In this document: positions 10,466 to 21,184 of the stretch, piece after piece
How positions within the stretch are numbered: position 1 is the stretch's first letter
Layout: each line of letters begins with the position of its first letter
The notes under the pieces: generated by a model
Databases searched by the model: none
The model's input: only the letters and a program-made list of their open reading frames with translations
Told to the model about the DNA's origin: nothing
NCBI GenBank assembly: GCA_030614255.1
Contig: JAUWKI010000003.1
Span: 15,368 to 79,367, forward strand
Length of the DNA stretch: 64,000 nt
Source of the DNA: Actinomycetes bacterium
GTDB taxonomy: Bacteria; Actinomycetota; Aquicultoria; UBA3085; Oleimmundimicrobiaceae
Reading direction: 5' to 3'
Made by a program: the position numbers and the translations under genes

Positions 10466-12378
10466 AGAACCTTTATCCCGAAATTGAAAATATTTTACCC
10501 TCAATTGAGAAACCTGTTAGGTATATAAACAGTGAATGGAACACAAAAAGAAAACCCGTCCAACCGGATGATATAGTTTTTGCTCTGGCTTACCCCGATG
10601 TCTACGAGATAGGTATGTCTAATCTAGCTCTCTGTATCCTATATGAAATTTTAAATGAGCAAGATGGTGTTATCGCCGAACGTGTCTTCTCCCCTTGGGT
10701 AGATATGGAAGAAAGAATGCGGGAAGAGGACATTCCTCTTTTTACTCTCGAGTCTTATTCTCCGGTCAACGAATGCGATATTTTTGGTTTTACACTTCAG
10801 TGCGAGATGACATACACGAATATTCTTAATATGCTAGATTTGGCCAAAATTCCCCTCTTGGCCAAAGACAGAAGAGATGACAATCCCTTAATTATAGGTG
10901 GGGGACCTTGTGTTTTTAACCCGGAGCCCTTGGCACCCTTTTTTGACTTATTTGCGTTGGGTGATGGGGAGAATTTAATACAAGAAGTTGCGGATGAATT
11001 TAAAAAGTTAAAGAAAAAAGGAGCCAAAAAACGGGAGATTTTGAAATCTTTGGCTAAAATACAGGGTATTTACGTACCATCTCTATACAAAATCGATCAT
11101 TATCCATCAGGGATAATAAAGACGATAAATCGGATTTCCAATGAGGTCCCAAAAACAGTTAAAAAGAGATTGATTGGTGATTTGGATATGGCAAAATTTC
11201 CGGTATATCCGATAGTTCCGTTTGCCAGGGTTATACACGATCGGTGTTCTTTGGAAATTATGAGGGGTTGTACCAGGGGGTGCAGGTTTTGCCAGGCAGG
11301 GATGATTTATCGTCCTGCAAGAGAACGCTCCATAAATAAACTTAAAAATTTATCCCAGAACATTTTAAAGAATACCGGATATGAGGAGATATCACTCGTC
11401 TCTCTTAGCAGTAGTGATTATAGCGAGATTGAAACCTTAGTCTCTGATTTGATAAATCGATACGGGGGAGATGGTGTCGCAGTTTCTCTACCATCTTTGA
11501 GAATGGATGCATTTTCTATAAATCTTGCAGAACAAATTCAGCGAGTTAGAAGAACAGGTCTTACATTTGCGCCAGAAGCCGGGACCCAACGGTTAAGAGA
11601 TGTTATTAACAAAAACCTGACCGAAGAGGATATACTTTCGACGGCCAAATTGGCCTTTCAAAATGGATGGAGAAGACTCAAGTTCTACTTTATGGTTGGT
11701 TTGCCCACGGAGACTAGAGAGGATTTGCAGGGGATAGTTGAACTGGTCAACAAAGTAGTCAGTTTAGGTTTAGATATCATTCCACCCAAAGAACGATGCA
11801 GACTTAAAATAAATATTAGTATCGCTTCATTCGTGCCAAAAGCTCATACTCCGTTTCAGTGGGTTGAACAAAATACACTGAACCAATTGTTGAAGAAGCA
11901 GGCTTTTTTGAAGAAACATTTGCGGGGAAGACATATTTCTCTCAGTTGGCACGAGGCAAAACTTAGCATCATTGAGGGTGTTGTGGCAAGAGGCGATAGG
12001 CGTCTTGCCGGGGTAATCAAAAAAGCCTGGGAATTGGGCTGTAAATTTGACGCATGGAGAGAGCACTTCGATTTTTCAAAGTGGGAGAAAGCTTTAAAAG
12101 AAGAGGGATTATCCATTGACTTCTACACATATCGTGAGCGTTCTTTAGACGAAAATTTGCCTTGGGAGCATATAAGTGTGGGCGTAACTAAAGCATATTT
12201 TCAATCTGAATACGAAAAAGCGCTTCGGCAAGAGAGAACCGATGATTGCCGATTTAGTTCCTGTAATAAATGTGGGGTTTGTGAAGTGGCAGATGCTTGC
12301 CCGCCTCCCCGCCTGCCTACGTCTATTATGCCGTTAGGCATTGGCGGGCAGGTGGTGGGGCTGATGGCAGATAGCTGA
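10462..12378 (+). CDS. TIGR03960 family B12-binding radical SAM protein; the last ~30 codons are repeat-derived
   Basis: AYPDVYEIGMSN, RGCTRGCRFCQAG, FAPEAGTQRLR, C-terminal CRFSSCNKCGVC. Confidence 0.93.
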   Translation: MKNLYPEIENILPSIEKPVRYINSEWNTKRKPVQPDDIVFALAYPDVYEIGMSNLALCILYEILNEQDGVIAERVFSPWVDMEERMREEDIPLFTLESYSPVNECDIFGFTLQCEMTYTNILNMLDLAKIPLLAKDRRDDNPLIIGGGPCVFNPEPLAPFFDLFALGDGENLIQEVADEFKKLKKKGAKKREILKSLAKIQGIYVPSLYKIDHYPSGIIKTINRISNEVPKTVKKRLIGDLDMAKFPVYPIVPFARVIHDRCSLEIMRGCTRGCRFCQAGMIYRPARERSINKLKNLSQNILKNTGYEEISLVSLSSSDYSEIETLVSDLINRYGGDGVAVSLPSLRMDAFSINLAEQIQRVRRTGLTFAPEAGTQRLRDVINKNLTEEDILSTAKLAFQNGWRRLKFYFMVGLPTETREDLQGIVELVNKVVSLGLDIIPPKERCRLKINISIASFVPKAHTPFQWVEQNTLNQLLKKQAFLKKHLRGRHISLSWHEAKLSIIEGVVARGDRRLAGVIKKAWELGCKFDAWREHFDFSKWEKALKEEGLSIDFYTYRERSLDENLPWEHISVGVTKAYFQSEYEKALRQERTDDCRFSSCNKCGVCEVADACPPPRLPTSIMPLGIGGQVVGLMADS

Positions 12379-12499
12379 TGGCTGATAGCTTATGGAATAT
12401 AGAGTATGGAGTATGGCTGATAGTAGAAAGTGAGTGCAAAGATAAACAAACTCCCGACTAAGAGACTCCCGACTAAGAGACTCCCGACTGATGGGCTGA
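12287..12499 (+). repeat. Composite repeat: heptamer array (GCTGATG/GCAGATA) with nested palindromes, plus a 15-bp tandem repeat ACTCCCGACTAAGAG (~x2.7)
   Basis: Read directly; paralogous to 19564-19915. Confidence 0.9.
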
Positions 12500-12514
12500 A
12501 GGTTGGTGATTAAT

Positions 12515-13207
12515 ATGCATAGATTAAGAATAAAATATGGGAAAATGGGCAGACTTAAATTTATATCTCATCTTGACTTTATATGCGCAATTGAAAGATC
12601 TCTGAGAAGAGCAAGTTTTCCACTGGTTTTAACAAAAGGATTTAATCCTAGAGTTAAAATGTCATATGGACCTCCGCTTTCGGTTGGGGTAAGTAGTGAA
12701 TCTGAATATATGGACATATTTTTAAACAACCATCTTTCCTTGAAGGAGGTCGTGGATCTACTAAACATGGTTTTGCCCGATGGCTTGTACATCTATCGAG
12801 CAAAATATGTCTTACTGGATGAGCCATCGATAACAAAATTTGTAAATTTTGCCGAATATCAGATAGAGGTTGCCGTACCATCATTGGGTGTTAGCGATAT
12901 TAAAGATCGAATCGAGGAACTGTTTTCCAAAAAGGAATTCAAGTTTGTAAAAAAGGGGAAAGAAAAAGTTTTACCGACAAAGCAGGCAGTTTCTCGCATT
13001 GAAATTAACTATTTTGAGTTGGGGAAGGCGACAATCAACGTCTTATTATCCATCGGGGACCTGGGGAGCGTGCGGCCCGAAGCGTTAATGAAATCGCTTT
13101 TTTCTAGACCTGATTGTGACGAGGACTATGTAATATTAAATATCCATCGCATTGGTTTGTATGCTAAAATCGGGGATGAATTTTATAGCCCCATTGATAC
13201 GAGGTGA
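12515..13207 (+). CDS. TIGR03936 family radical SAM-associated protein (DUF2344)
   Basis: KFISHLD, GFNPRVKMSYGPPLSVGVSSESEYMD; usual partner of TIGR03960. Confidence 0.92.
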   Translation: MHRLRIKYGKMGRLKFISHLDFICAIERSLRRASFPLVLTKGFNPRVKMSYGPPLSVGVSSESEYMDIFLNNHLSLKEVVDLLNMVLPDGLYIYRAKYVLLDEPSITKFVNFAEYQIEVAVPSLGVSDIKDRIEELFSKKEFKFVKKGKEKVLPTKQAVSRIEINYFELGKATINVLLSIGDLGSVRPEALMKSLFSRPDCDEDYVILNIHRIGLYAKIGDEFYSPIDTR

Positions 13208-13222
13208 AATAAGGGAATTACA

Positions 13223-14734
13223 ATGAAAGCAGAAATTAATGAAATAATGATTACCGCGGATGAAGATGAGGTCCGCGTAGCAATCGTCGAAGATGCAAAA
13301 CTTGCTGAAATCTATATTGAACGCATCAACTTTCATTCCATTGTTGGAAATATTTATTTGGGGAGAGTAAAAGATGTCTTACCCGGGATGGAAGCTGCTT
13401 TTGTCGATGTTGGTTTGAGGAAGAGTAGTTTTTTATACGTCGACGAGGTGCTTTTTCCGGAAGAAGAGCTGGACCCCGCTTCTTTAAAAATACAACATAT
13501 ATTGAAGCAAGGTCAGGATATTTTGGTTCAGGTTGTACGTGATCCCATGGGGACCAAAGGAGCAAGAGTTACTACGTTCATTAGTCTGGCAGGCAAATAT
13601 CTTGTCTTGATGCCTTACAGTGACTCAGTTGGGGTTTCAAGGCGTCTCCCCGAAAAGGAAAAAACAAGGTTAAAGGAGCTTGGTCAGAAAATTAAGCCAC
13701 GGAATATGGGCTTGATTGTAAGAACCGCCGCGGAGGATGCCGGGCTGGATGATTTAAAAAAGGATTTAAATTATCTGAAGCGGTTATGGAAAGAAATCAG
13801 AGCGAAGGCCAACCGAAGCAAGCCCCCGAAGTTGATTCATTCAGAAGAAGAGCTGGCTTTAAAGATGGTTAGAGACGTATTTACTTCGGATTTCCAGCGT
13901 TTAATTATTGATTGTCCGACAAGGTATAAAAAAATAATGAATTATTTGAAAAAATCAAATCCAGAGCTCAGAAGCAAAGTTCGATTATATAAAGACAGTA
14001 TGTCTCTTTTTGATAAGTTTGACATTAACTCTCAAATTGAAAATTCTTTAAACAGAAAGGTTTGGCTTCGCTCAGGTGGCTATATAAGTATCGACTCAAC
14101 AGAGGCTCTTATAGCAATCGATGTGAACACAGGAAAGTATATCGGTAAGACCAGTCTGGGAGAGACGATACTTAAAACAAATCTTGAGGCGGCAGAAGAA
14201 ATTGTGCGTCAAATTCGTCTTAGAGATATAGGAGGCATTATTGTTATAGATTTTATAGACATGATGGATTCGCGCCATAAAAAACGACTTTCTCAGACAT
14301 TTAACGAAGCTCTTACTCAAGATCGGACGAAAAGCAAGGTTGTCGAAATATCCAAATTGGGTTTAGTTGAGATGACAAGAAAGAATGTTTCTGAAGGGAT
14401 AATGGGAGTCTTGCATGAGAATTGTCCTTGTTGTAACGGTACGGGCAAAATCTCTTCAGAGGAAACAATTTTCATAAATCTTAAGAGAAAACTATATGCG
14501 TATTGCGTATCACATTCAGAGAGAGCTTTTTTGTTTAAGCTGCACCCCGACGCAGCCGCCTTCATAACCGGCAAAAATCAGGAAGGTTTGCGAAGTCTGC
14601 GAAGGCGAACAAAGAAGACCATATATATCATCAAGAGTTTGGATATTTCACGTGATGAGTTTGAATTGGTTGCAGGAGGCCACAGGATTAGTGTAAAGAA
14701 AATTTTTGTAGATATGTCTAAATCTATGAATTGA
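13223..14734 (+). CDS. rng: Rne/Rng family ribonuclease (RNase G-like)
   Basis: GNIYLGRVKDVLPGMEAAFVD (S1), IDVNTGK, IRLRDIGGIIVIDFIDM, CPCCNGTG. Confidence 0.95.
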   Translation: MKAEINEIMITADEDEVRVAIVEDAKLAEIYIERINFHSIVGNIYLGRVKDVLPGMEAAFVDVGLRKSSFLYVDEVLFPEEELDPASLKIQHILKQGQDILVQVVRDPMGTKGARVTTFISLAGKYLVLMPYSDSVGVSRRLPEKEKTRLKELGQKIKPRNMGLIVRTAAEDAGLDDLKKDLNYLKRLWKEIRAKANRSKPPKLIHSEEELALKMVRDVFTSDFQRLIIDCPTRYKKIMNYLKKSNPELRSKVRLYKDSMSLFDKFDINSQIENSLNRKVWLRSGGYISIDSTEALIAIDVNTGKYIGKTSLGETILKTNLEAAEEIVRQIRLRDIGGIIVIDFIDMMDSRHKKRLSQTFNEALTQDRTKSKVVEISKLGLVEMTRKNVSEGIMGVLHENCPCCNGTGKISSEETIFINLKRKLYAYCVSHSERAFLFKLHPDAAAFITGKNQEGLRSLRRRTKKTIYIIKSLDISRDEFELVAGGHRISVKKIFVDMSKSMN

Positions 14735-14759
14735 CATGGAAAGATTCGTGCGATATTAT
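14731..14759 (+). promoter_or_regulatory. Sigma70-type promoter for rplU
   Basis: TTGACA-17 nt-TATTAT. Confidence 0.7.
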
Positions 14760-14794
14760 TAGTGGCTGTGTAAACATAAAAGGGGGAGCTTACT

Positions 14795-15352
14795 CTGTAC
14801 GCGTTAATTAAATCCGGAGGAAAACAGTATAAAGTTAAAGCTGGTGATGTTGTGTTACTTGAAAAGGTTGAGGGCAAAGCTGGCGATTCAGTCGAATTAA
14901 AAGATATAGTTTTTGTGTCAGATGAAGATAAAAAAGTAGTGAAACCCGATGCTCTATCTAAGGCCAATGTTAAAGGTACTATCATTGAACAGGCAAAAGG
15001 TAACAAGATAATTGTTTATAAACACAAAGCTAAAAAGGGTTATCGAAGGAAGAGGGGTCACCGTCAGCTTTTAACTAAAGTAAAAATAGATGAGATTATA
15101 CTCGGCGAGAAAAAATCCAAGGCTTTAGAAAAACCGAAGAAGACAGTTGTGAAGAAGACAACAAAAGCCGCATTAGAGAAGAAAGAAGCTAAAGAGAAAA
15201 AGGTACAGAAGAAGGTTGCGTCTAAACCGGCCACAAAAGTAGCGGTTAAGACAACTGCAAAAAAGGAAACGAAAAAACCTGCGAAGTCAGTGAAGTCGTC
15301 AACCAAAAAGTCTTCATCAAGCAAAGGAAAGACTGCTTCGAAATCTAAATAA
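14795..15352 (+). CDS. rplU: 50S ribosomal protein L21 with CTG start and Lys/Ala-rich C-terminal extension
   Basis: CTG-TAC-GCG-TTA-ATT-AAA-TCC-GGA-GGA-AAA-CAG-TAT gives (M)YALIKSGGKQYKV; KKGYRRKRGHRQ; SD GGGGGAG 6 nt upstream. Confidence 0.95.
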   Translation: MYALIKSGGKQYKVKAGDVVLLEKVEGKAGDSVELKDIVFVSDEDKKVVKPDALSKANVKGTIIEQAKGNKIIVYKHKAKKGYRRKRGHRQLLTKVKIDEIILGEKKSKALEKPKKTVVKKTTKAALEKKEAKEKKVQKKVASKPATKVAVKTTAKKETKKPAKSVKSSTKKSSSSKGKTASKSK

Positions 15353-15434
15353 CTTATCTGAAATGCTTTTTCTTTGACAAAAGACTGCAATTTTTGTTAA
15401 AATCTTTATGGAAGATTTTTTTGGAGGAATTTAA

Positions 15435-15689
15435 ATGGCTCATAAAAAAGGACTAGGAAGTACCCGAAACGGAAGAGACAGCAATTCACAAAGACTGGGC
15501 GTAAAAAGGTTCGGCGGTCAGTTTGTTACTGCTGGAAGCATCATCGTTAGACAGAGAGGAACCAAATTTAAGCCGGGCTTAAATGTTGGCCTTGGTTGCG
15601 ATGATACCCTTTTTGCAAAGGTTGATGGCACTGTTAGGTTTTACAAGAGCAAAAATAACAAGAAGATAGACGTTATAGATAACGCTTAA
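15435..15689 (+). CDS. rpmA: 50S ribosomal protein L27
   Basis: [24 protein letters not shown]. Confidence 0.98.
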   Translation: MAHKKGLGSTRNGRDSNSQRLGVKRFGGQFVTAGSIIVRQRGTKFKPGLNVGLGCDDTLFAKVDGTVRFYKSKNNKKIDVIDNA

Positions 15690-15728
15690 CAATAGATTAA
15701 AAAGTAGAACTTAACATTTGTATTCAAG

Positions 15729-17079
<1,351 letters not shown>

Positions 17080-17103
17080 ATTAATTGCGTTAAGGAGAGC
17101 AAA

Positions 17104-18225
17104 GTGAAAAAGTGTCTTAATGGTCAGAAAAAGATTGTTGTTAAGATAGGGACGAGTTTAATTGCAACCTCTTCTGGTCGGTTGAATTCAGACTGGATAG
17201 AGAGTTTGGTTAATCAAGTGGCTGCTTTAAAGAAACAAGGACACCAAGTTCTTATCGTAACATCTGGCGCGATTGCGGCTGGAGTCGAAGGATTGGGGTT
17301 AAAATGTCGGCCTAAGGAAATTCCCGAGCTTCAAGCGGCTGCTTCTGTCGGGCAAGGTTTGCTGATTGAACGCTATGCCAATCTTTTTAACAAATTTGGT
17401 TTTAAGGTTGGACAGGTTCTCGTGACTCAGTTTGATATTACTCATCGTCAGCAATATTTAAATACCAGAAATACTCTTAATAAGCTCTTTGAACTGGGAA
17501 TTATTCCAATCGTAAATGAGAACGATACCACGGCAACAGACGAGATAAAGTTCGGTGATAACGATACATTGGCTGCATTGGTGGCTAGTTTGGTCAAAGC
17601 TGATCTCCTAATCTTACTTTCAGATATCGATGGTCTTCATACGGCTGACCCTCGTCTAAGCGGTGACGCAAAACCTGTTCGCGAAGTGGCGGTTATAACT
17701 CCAGAGATTGAGTCGTTGGCTGGTGACGCGGGGACGAAATTTGGTTCCGGTGGCATGGTCACGAAAATTCAAGCTGGCAAAATTGCAACATTTTCGGGTG
17801 TTTGCATGATTATAGCGGATGGAAGAAAGTCCAACGTTGTTCTCGATGTGGTCGAAGGAAAATCAATAGGCACTGTCTTTCTTCCCCGGAAGAAAAGAGT
17901 TTCAAGCAAAAAGCTCTGGATAGTATTTGGTCGCACACCTAGAGGAAAAGTAAAGGTGGATGATGGTGCGAAAAAAGCCATAATTGAGGGCGGAAAAAGT
18001 TTGCTTCCAGCAGGAGTAGTTGATTGTTCCGGAAAATTTGATGTCGGGGATGCGATAGATATTGTAGATTCTGTCGATGAAACTTTTGCGAAGGGTCTTA
18101 CGAATTTTGGCTTTGAGGAGATTAAAACAATCAAGGGCCTAAAGAGAAGCGAGATTGTAAAGAAGCTTTCAGGTGAGCCAAGTGTAGAGATAGTTCACAG
18201 GGACTGCCTGGTAATTTTAGAGTAG
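17104..18225 (+). CDS. proB: Glutamate 5-kinase with PUA domain
   Basis: [32 protein letters not shown]. Confidence 0.96.
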   Translation: MKKCLNGQKKIVVKIGTSLIATSSGRLNSDWIESLVNQVAALKKQGHQVLIVTSGAIAAGVEGLGLKCRPKEIPELQAAASVGQGLLIERYANLFNKFGFKVGQVLVTQFDITHRQQYLNTRNTLNKLFELGIIPIVNENDTTATDEIKFGDNDTLAALVASLVKADLLILLSDIDGLHTADPRLSGDAKPVREVAVITPEIESLAGDAGTKFGSGGMVTKIQAGKIATFSGVCMIIADGRKSNVVLDVVEGKSIGTVFLPRKKRVSSKKLWIVFGRTPRGKVKVDDGAKKAIIEGGKSLLPAGVVDCSGKFDVGDAIDIVDSVDETFAKGLTNFGFEEIKTIKGLKRSEIVKKLSGEPSVEIVHRDCLVILE

Positions 18226-18311
18226 AAAGTTAAAAGTGGAAAGTTTAATATAGAAGCTTAAGTCCGTCTAGTAATATTATTGCGAAAGTAAGATTATTTT
18301 GGAGGCAAGAT

Positions 18312-19559
18312 ATGAGCGAAGTTTTAGAGCTGGGAAAGAGAGCCAAGAAGGCATCGGTAAAACTCGCAAATGTTTCTACCGAGTTGAAGAATCGTGCGTT
18401 AAATGCTATGGCGGATGCGCTAATCGTAAATGCCAAAGAAATTATCAAGGCCAATAAAAAAGATTTAGAAGAGGGCAAAAGGAGAAATATTTCCACGGCA
18501 CTAATGGATCGTCTGCTTTTAAACGAAGCTCGCATTGAAGATATGGCAAGAGATCTCAAAGAGGTCGCTTTTTTGAAAGATCCGGTCGGTGAATTAGTAA
18601 AAGGGCGGAAATTGCCGAACGAGCTTGAAGTGTTGCAGGTCAGAGTCCCGTTGGGTGTAGTTGGTTTAATTTATGAAGCGAGGCCAAATGTAACCGTTGA
18701 TGCGGCGGGTCTCTGTATCAAGTCAGGTAATGCCATTATATTACGAGGTGGTTCGGTGGCCATAAATTCAAACCTTGCTCTGACCGACATTATCGCTGAT
18801 GCTGGAGTCAAAGAAGGGCTTCCTGAAAATTGTATCCAATCCATTTCAACAGCGGATAGGGCAGCTGTCACAGAGTTGATGAAGATGCATGGCTACGTCG
18901 ATGTCTTAATTCCTCGTGGAGGAGCATCTCTGATTCAATCCGTAATTAAGAATTCAACGGTTCCGGTCATTGAGACGGGAGTTGGCAATTGCCATATATT
19001 TATAGATAAATCGGCAAATCTGAATATGGCCAAAGAAATTGTAGTAAATGCCAAATGTCAGCGTCCCGGTGTCTGCAATGCGGCGGAGACGTTGTTGGTT
19101 CACAAAGATGTGGCCGAAAAGTTTCTTCCTGGGATTTTACGAAAGCTTCAGGAAAGAGATGTCGAAATTTTCGGATGTCCTATTACACACTCTATCTGCT
19201 CGGATGTAAATGAAGCGACTGAGGATGACTGGAAAACTGAGTATTTAGATTTAAAAATGGCTGTTAAGATTGTCCCATCCCTAAATGAAGCTATCTTACA
19301 TATTCAAAAGTATGGGACAAATCACTCCGAGGCGATAGTGACCGAAGATTACTCTGCGGCTAAAAGTTTTACCGAGGAAGTCGATGCCGCTGCAGTATAT
19401 GTAAATGCCTCAACGCGTTTTACCGATGGCGGACAGTATGGTTTGGGGGCCGAGATGGGTATAAGTACTCAAAAGCTTCACGCAAGGGGTCCAATGGGGC
19501 TTGAGGCGTTGACTTCAACAAAGTATGTAATCTACGGAAAAGGACAGATTCGCTCCTAG
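18312..19559 (+). CDS. proA: Gamma-glutamyl phosphate reductase
   Basis: IYEARPNVT, CNAAETLLVH, NASTRFTDG, STQKLHARGPMGL. Confidence 0.97.
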   Translation: MSEVLELGKRAKKASVKLANVSTELKNRALNAMADALIVNAKEIIKANKKDLEEGKRRNISTALMDRLLLNEARIEDMARDLKEVAFLKDPVGELVKGRKLPNELEVLQVRVPLGVVGLIYEARPNVTVDAAGLCIKSGNAIILRGGSVAINSNLALTDIIADAGVKEGLPENCIQSISTADRAAVTELMKMHGYVDVLIPRGGASLIQSVIKNSTVPVIETGVGNCHIFIDKSANLNMAKEIVVNAKCQRPGVCNAAETLLVHKDVAEKFLPGILRKLQERDVEIFGCPITHSICSDVNEATEDDWKTEYLDLKMAVKIVPSLNEAILHIQKYGTNHSEAIVTEDYSAAKSFTEEVDAAAVYVNASTRFTDGGQYGLGAEMGISTQKLHARGPMGLEALTSTKYVIYGKGQIRS

Positions 19560-19563
19560 ATAT

Positions 19564-19915
19564 TGGCAAATGCTTGCCCGCCTCTGGCGGGGCAGATGGC
19601 TGATGGCTGATGGCTTATGGCAGATGGCTGATGGCTGATAGCAGATGGCAGATGGCTAATAGTAAATAAATGGGTAATGGGTAAAGTAAATAAACTAAAA
19701 GAGGAGAGCACGGAGCATAGAGCTTAGAAAAAGTTAACAAGCAAACTCCCGACTATCGACTAACAGACTACCGACTGATGGGCTGATAGCAGATGGCTTA
19801 TGGCTGATAGCTGATGGCAGATGGCTTATGGCTGATAGAAAGTTGAGAGGGTAAAGGAAAAAACCAACAAACTACCGACTCCTCACTACGGACTACCGAC
19901 TGATGGGCTGATGGT
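19564..19915 (+). repeat. Composite heptamer-repeat element (GCWGATG arrays plus ACTMCCGACT modules), internally duplicated
   Basis: About 20 degenerate 7-mers; same architecture as 12287-12499. Confidence 0.9.
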
Positions 19916-19948
19916 TTAGAAAGAGTTATTATAGTAAAATTGTTTTAG

Positions 19949-20593
19949 GTGATCACATTGCTCCAAAAAAGACCAATTAAAATCGGTATAATGGGTGGAA
20001 CTTTTGACCCCATTCACAATGGTCATCTGGTTACGGCCGAAGAAGCTTTAATCCAATTTGAATTGGATAAAGTGGTTTTTGTGCCCGCGGGATATCCTCC
20101 TCACAAGGAAGTAAGGAAGTCTTTGGACCCGGTTGAACGTTATCTTATGACAGTCATTGCAACGGCTTCGAATCCGGACTTTGAAGTGTCAAGGATTGAG
20201 GTAGATAGAAAAGGTCCATCATATACGATAGACACCGTTCGTGAGTTTAGGAAAGTTTATGGAGTTGAGGCGGAGATATTCTTTATTACCGGAGCCGATG
20301 CAATGCTTGAGATTATTACCTGGAAAGACGCGGACGAGCTAGCCAAAATGTGTAAATTTATTGCCGCAACTCGCCCGGGATATTGTCTAAGGAAATTTGA
20401 GGAACTTCACGTTCTACCTTACGAAAACAAAGAACCTGAGCCCGGCAAACTAAAGATACATATAATGGAGATACCGGCGCTTGCAATCTCCTCAACCGAT
20501 ATCAGACGACGCGTTTCACAGGGCTATCCCATACGTTATCTTGTTCCGGAGGGAGTTGTAAATTATGTTCTTAAACGCGAATTTTATAGGTGA
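19949..20593 (+). CDS. nadD: Nicotinate-nucleotide adenylyltransferase
   Basis: GGTFDPIHNGH, SYTIDT, ISSTDIR. Confidence 0.96.
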   Translation: MITLLQKRPIKIGIMGGTFDPIHNGHLVTAEEALIQFELDKVVFVPAGYPPHKEVRKSLDPVERYLMTVIATASNPDFEVSRIEVDRKGPSYTIDTVREFRKVYGVEAEIFFITGADAMLEIITWKDADELAKMCKFIAATRPGYCLRKFEELHVLPYENKEPEPGKLKIHIMEIPALAISSTDIRRRVSQGYPIRYLVPEGVVNYVLKREFYR

Positions 20594-20599
20594 TTTTAT

Positions 20600-21184
20600 T
20601 TGAGATACAGCAAAGAAGAAATTTTAGATTTGCTTGCCAATTGGTTGGATGAAGAGTTCTTTACCCACAGTTTAAGGGTTAGAGATATGGCTAAGGGGAT
20701 GGCCGAAAAATTTGGAGTTGACACGGAAAAAGCGGCTCTTGCTGGTTTGCTTCACGATTATGGAAAAGGCATAAAAGAAATCGATATAATTTCCGAGGCA
20801 AAAAAACTCAATATTCCCGTGGGTTATATCGAAGAAAGCGACCCATATTTACTTCACGCACCCGTCGGAGCAGAATTAATATCTTCCCAACTGGGAATCG
20901 ATGACTCTAATATTATAAATGCGGTGAGTCGGCATACCGTGGGGGAGCCATCCATGTCTAAGTTGGATATGATAGTATATATAGCTGATATGGTTGAGCC
21001 GGCTCGCACTTTTTCTGGTCTGGAAAAAATCAGAGATTTTGATGGAAAACGGCTGATTGAAGTCTTTGAGTTGGCATATACTCATACGCTTTGTCACTTG
21101 GTAAGAAGAAAGAAACTAATTCATCCTAAAACATTTGAGGTTTGGAATTGGATTCAACTGGTGAGGATAGAAGAAGGACATTAA
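20600..21184 (+). CDS. yqeK: YqeK family HD-domain Ap4A hydrolase
   Basis: HSLRV, GLLHDYGK, LLHAPVGA, HTVG, YIADMVEPAR; follows nadD. Confidence 0.9.
   Translation: MRYSKEEILDLLANWLDEEFFTHSLRVRDMAKGMAEKFGVDTEKAALAGLLHDYGKGIKEIDIISEAKKLNIPVGYIEESDPYLLHAPVGAELISSQLGIDDSNIINAVSRHTVGEPSMSKLDMIVYIADMVEPARTFSGLEKIRDFDGKRLIEVFELAYTHTLCHLVRRKKLIHPKTFEVWNWIQLVRIEEGH

Noticed and set aside
19590-19915. Possible CRISPR array
   Set aside because: Units are degenerate 7-8-mers without constant 23-47-bp repeats or unique spacers, and there are no cas genes
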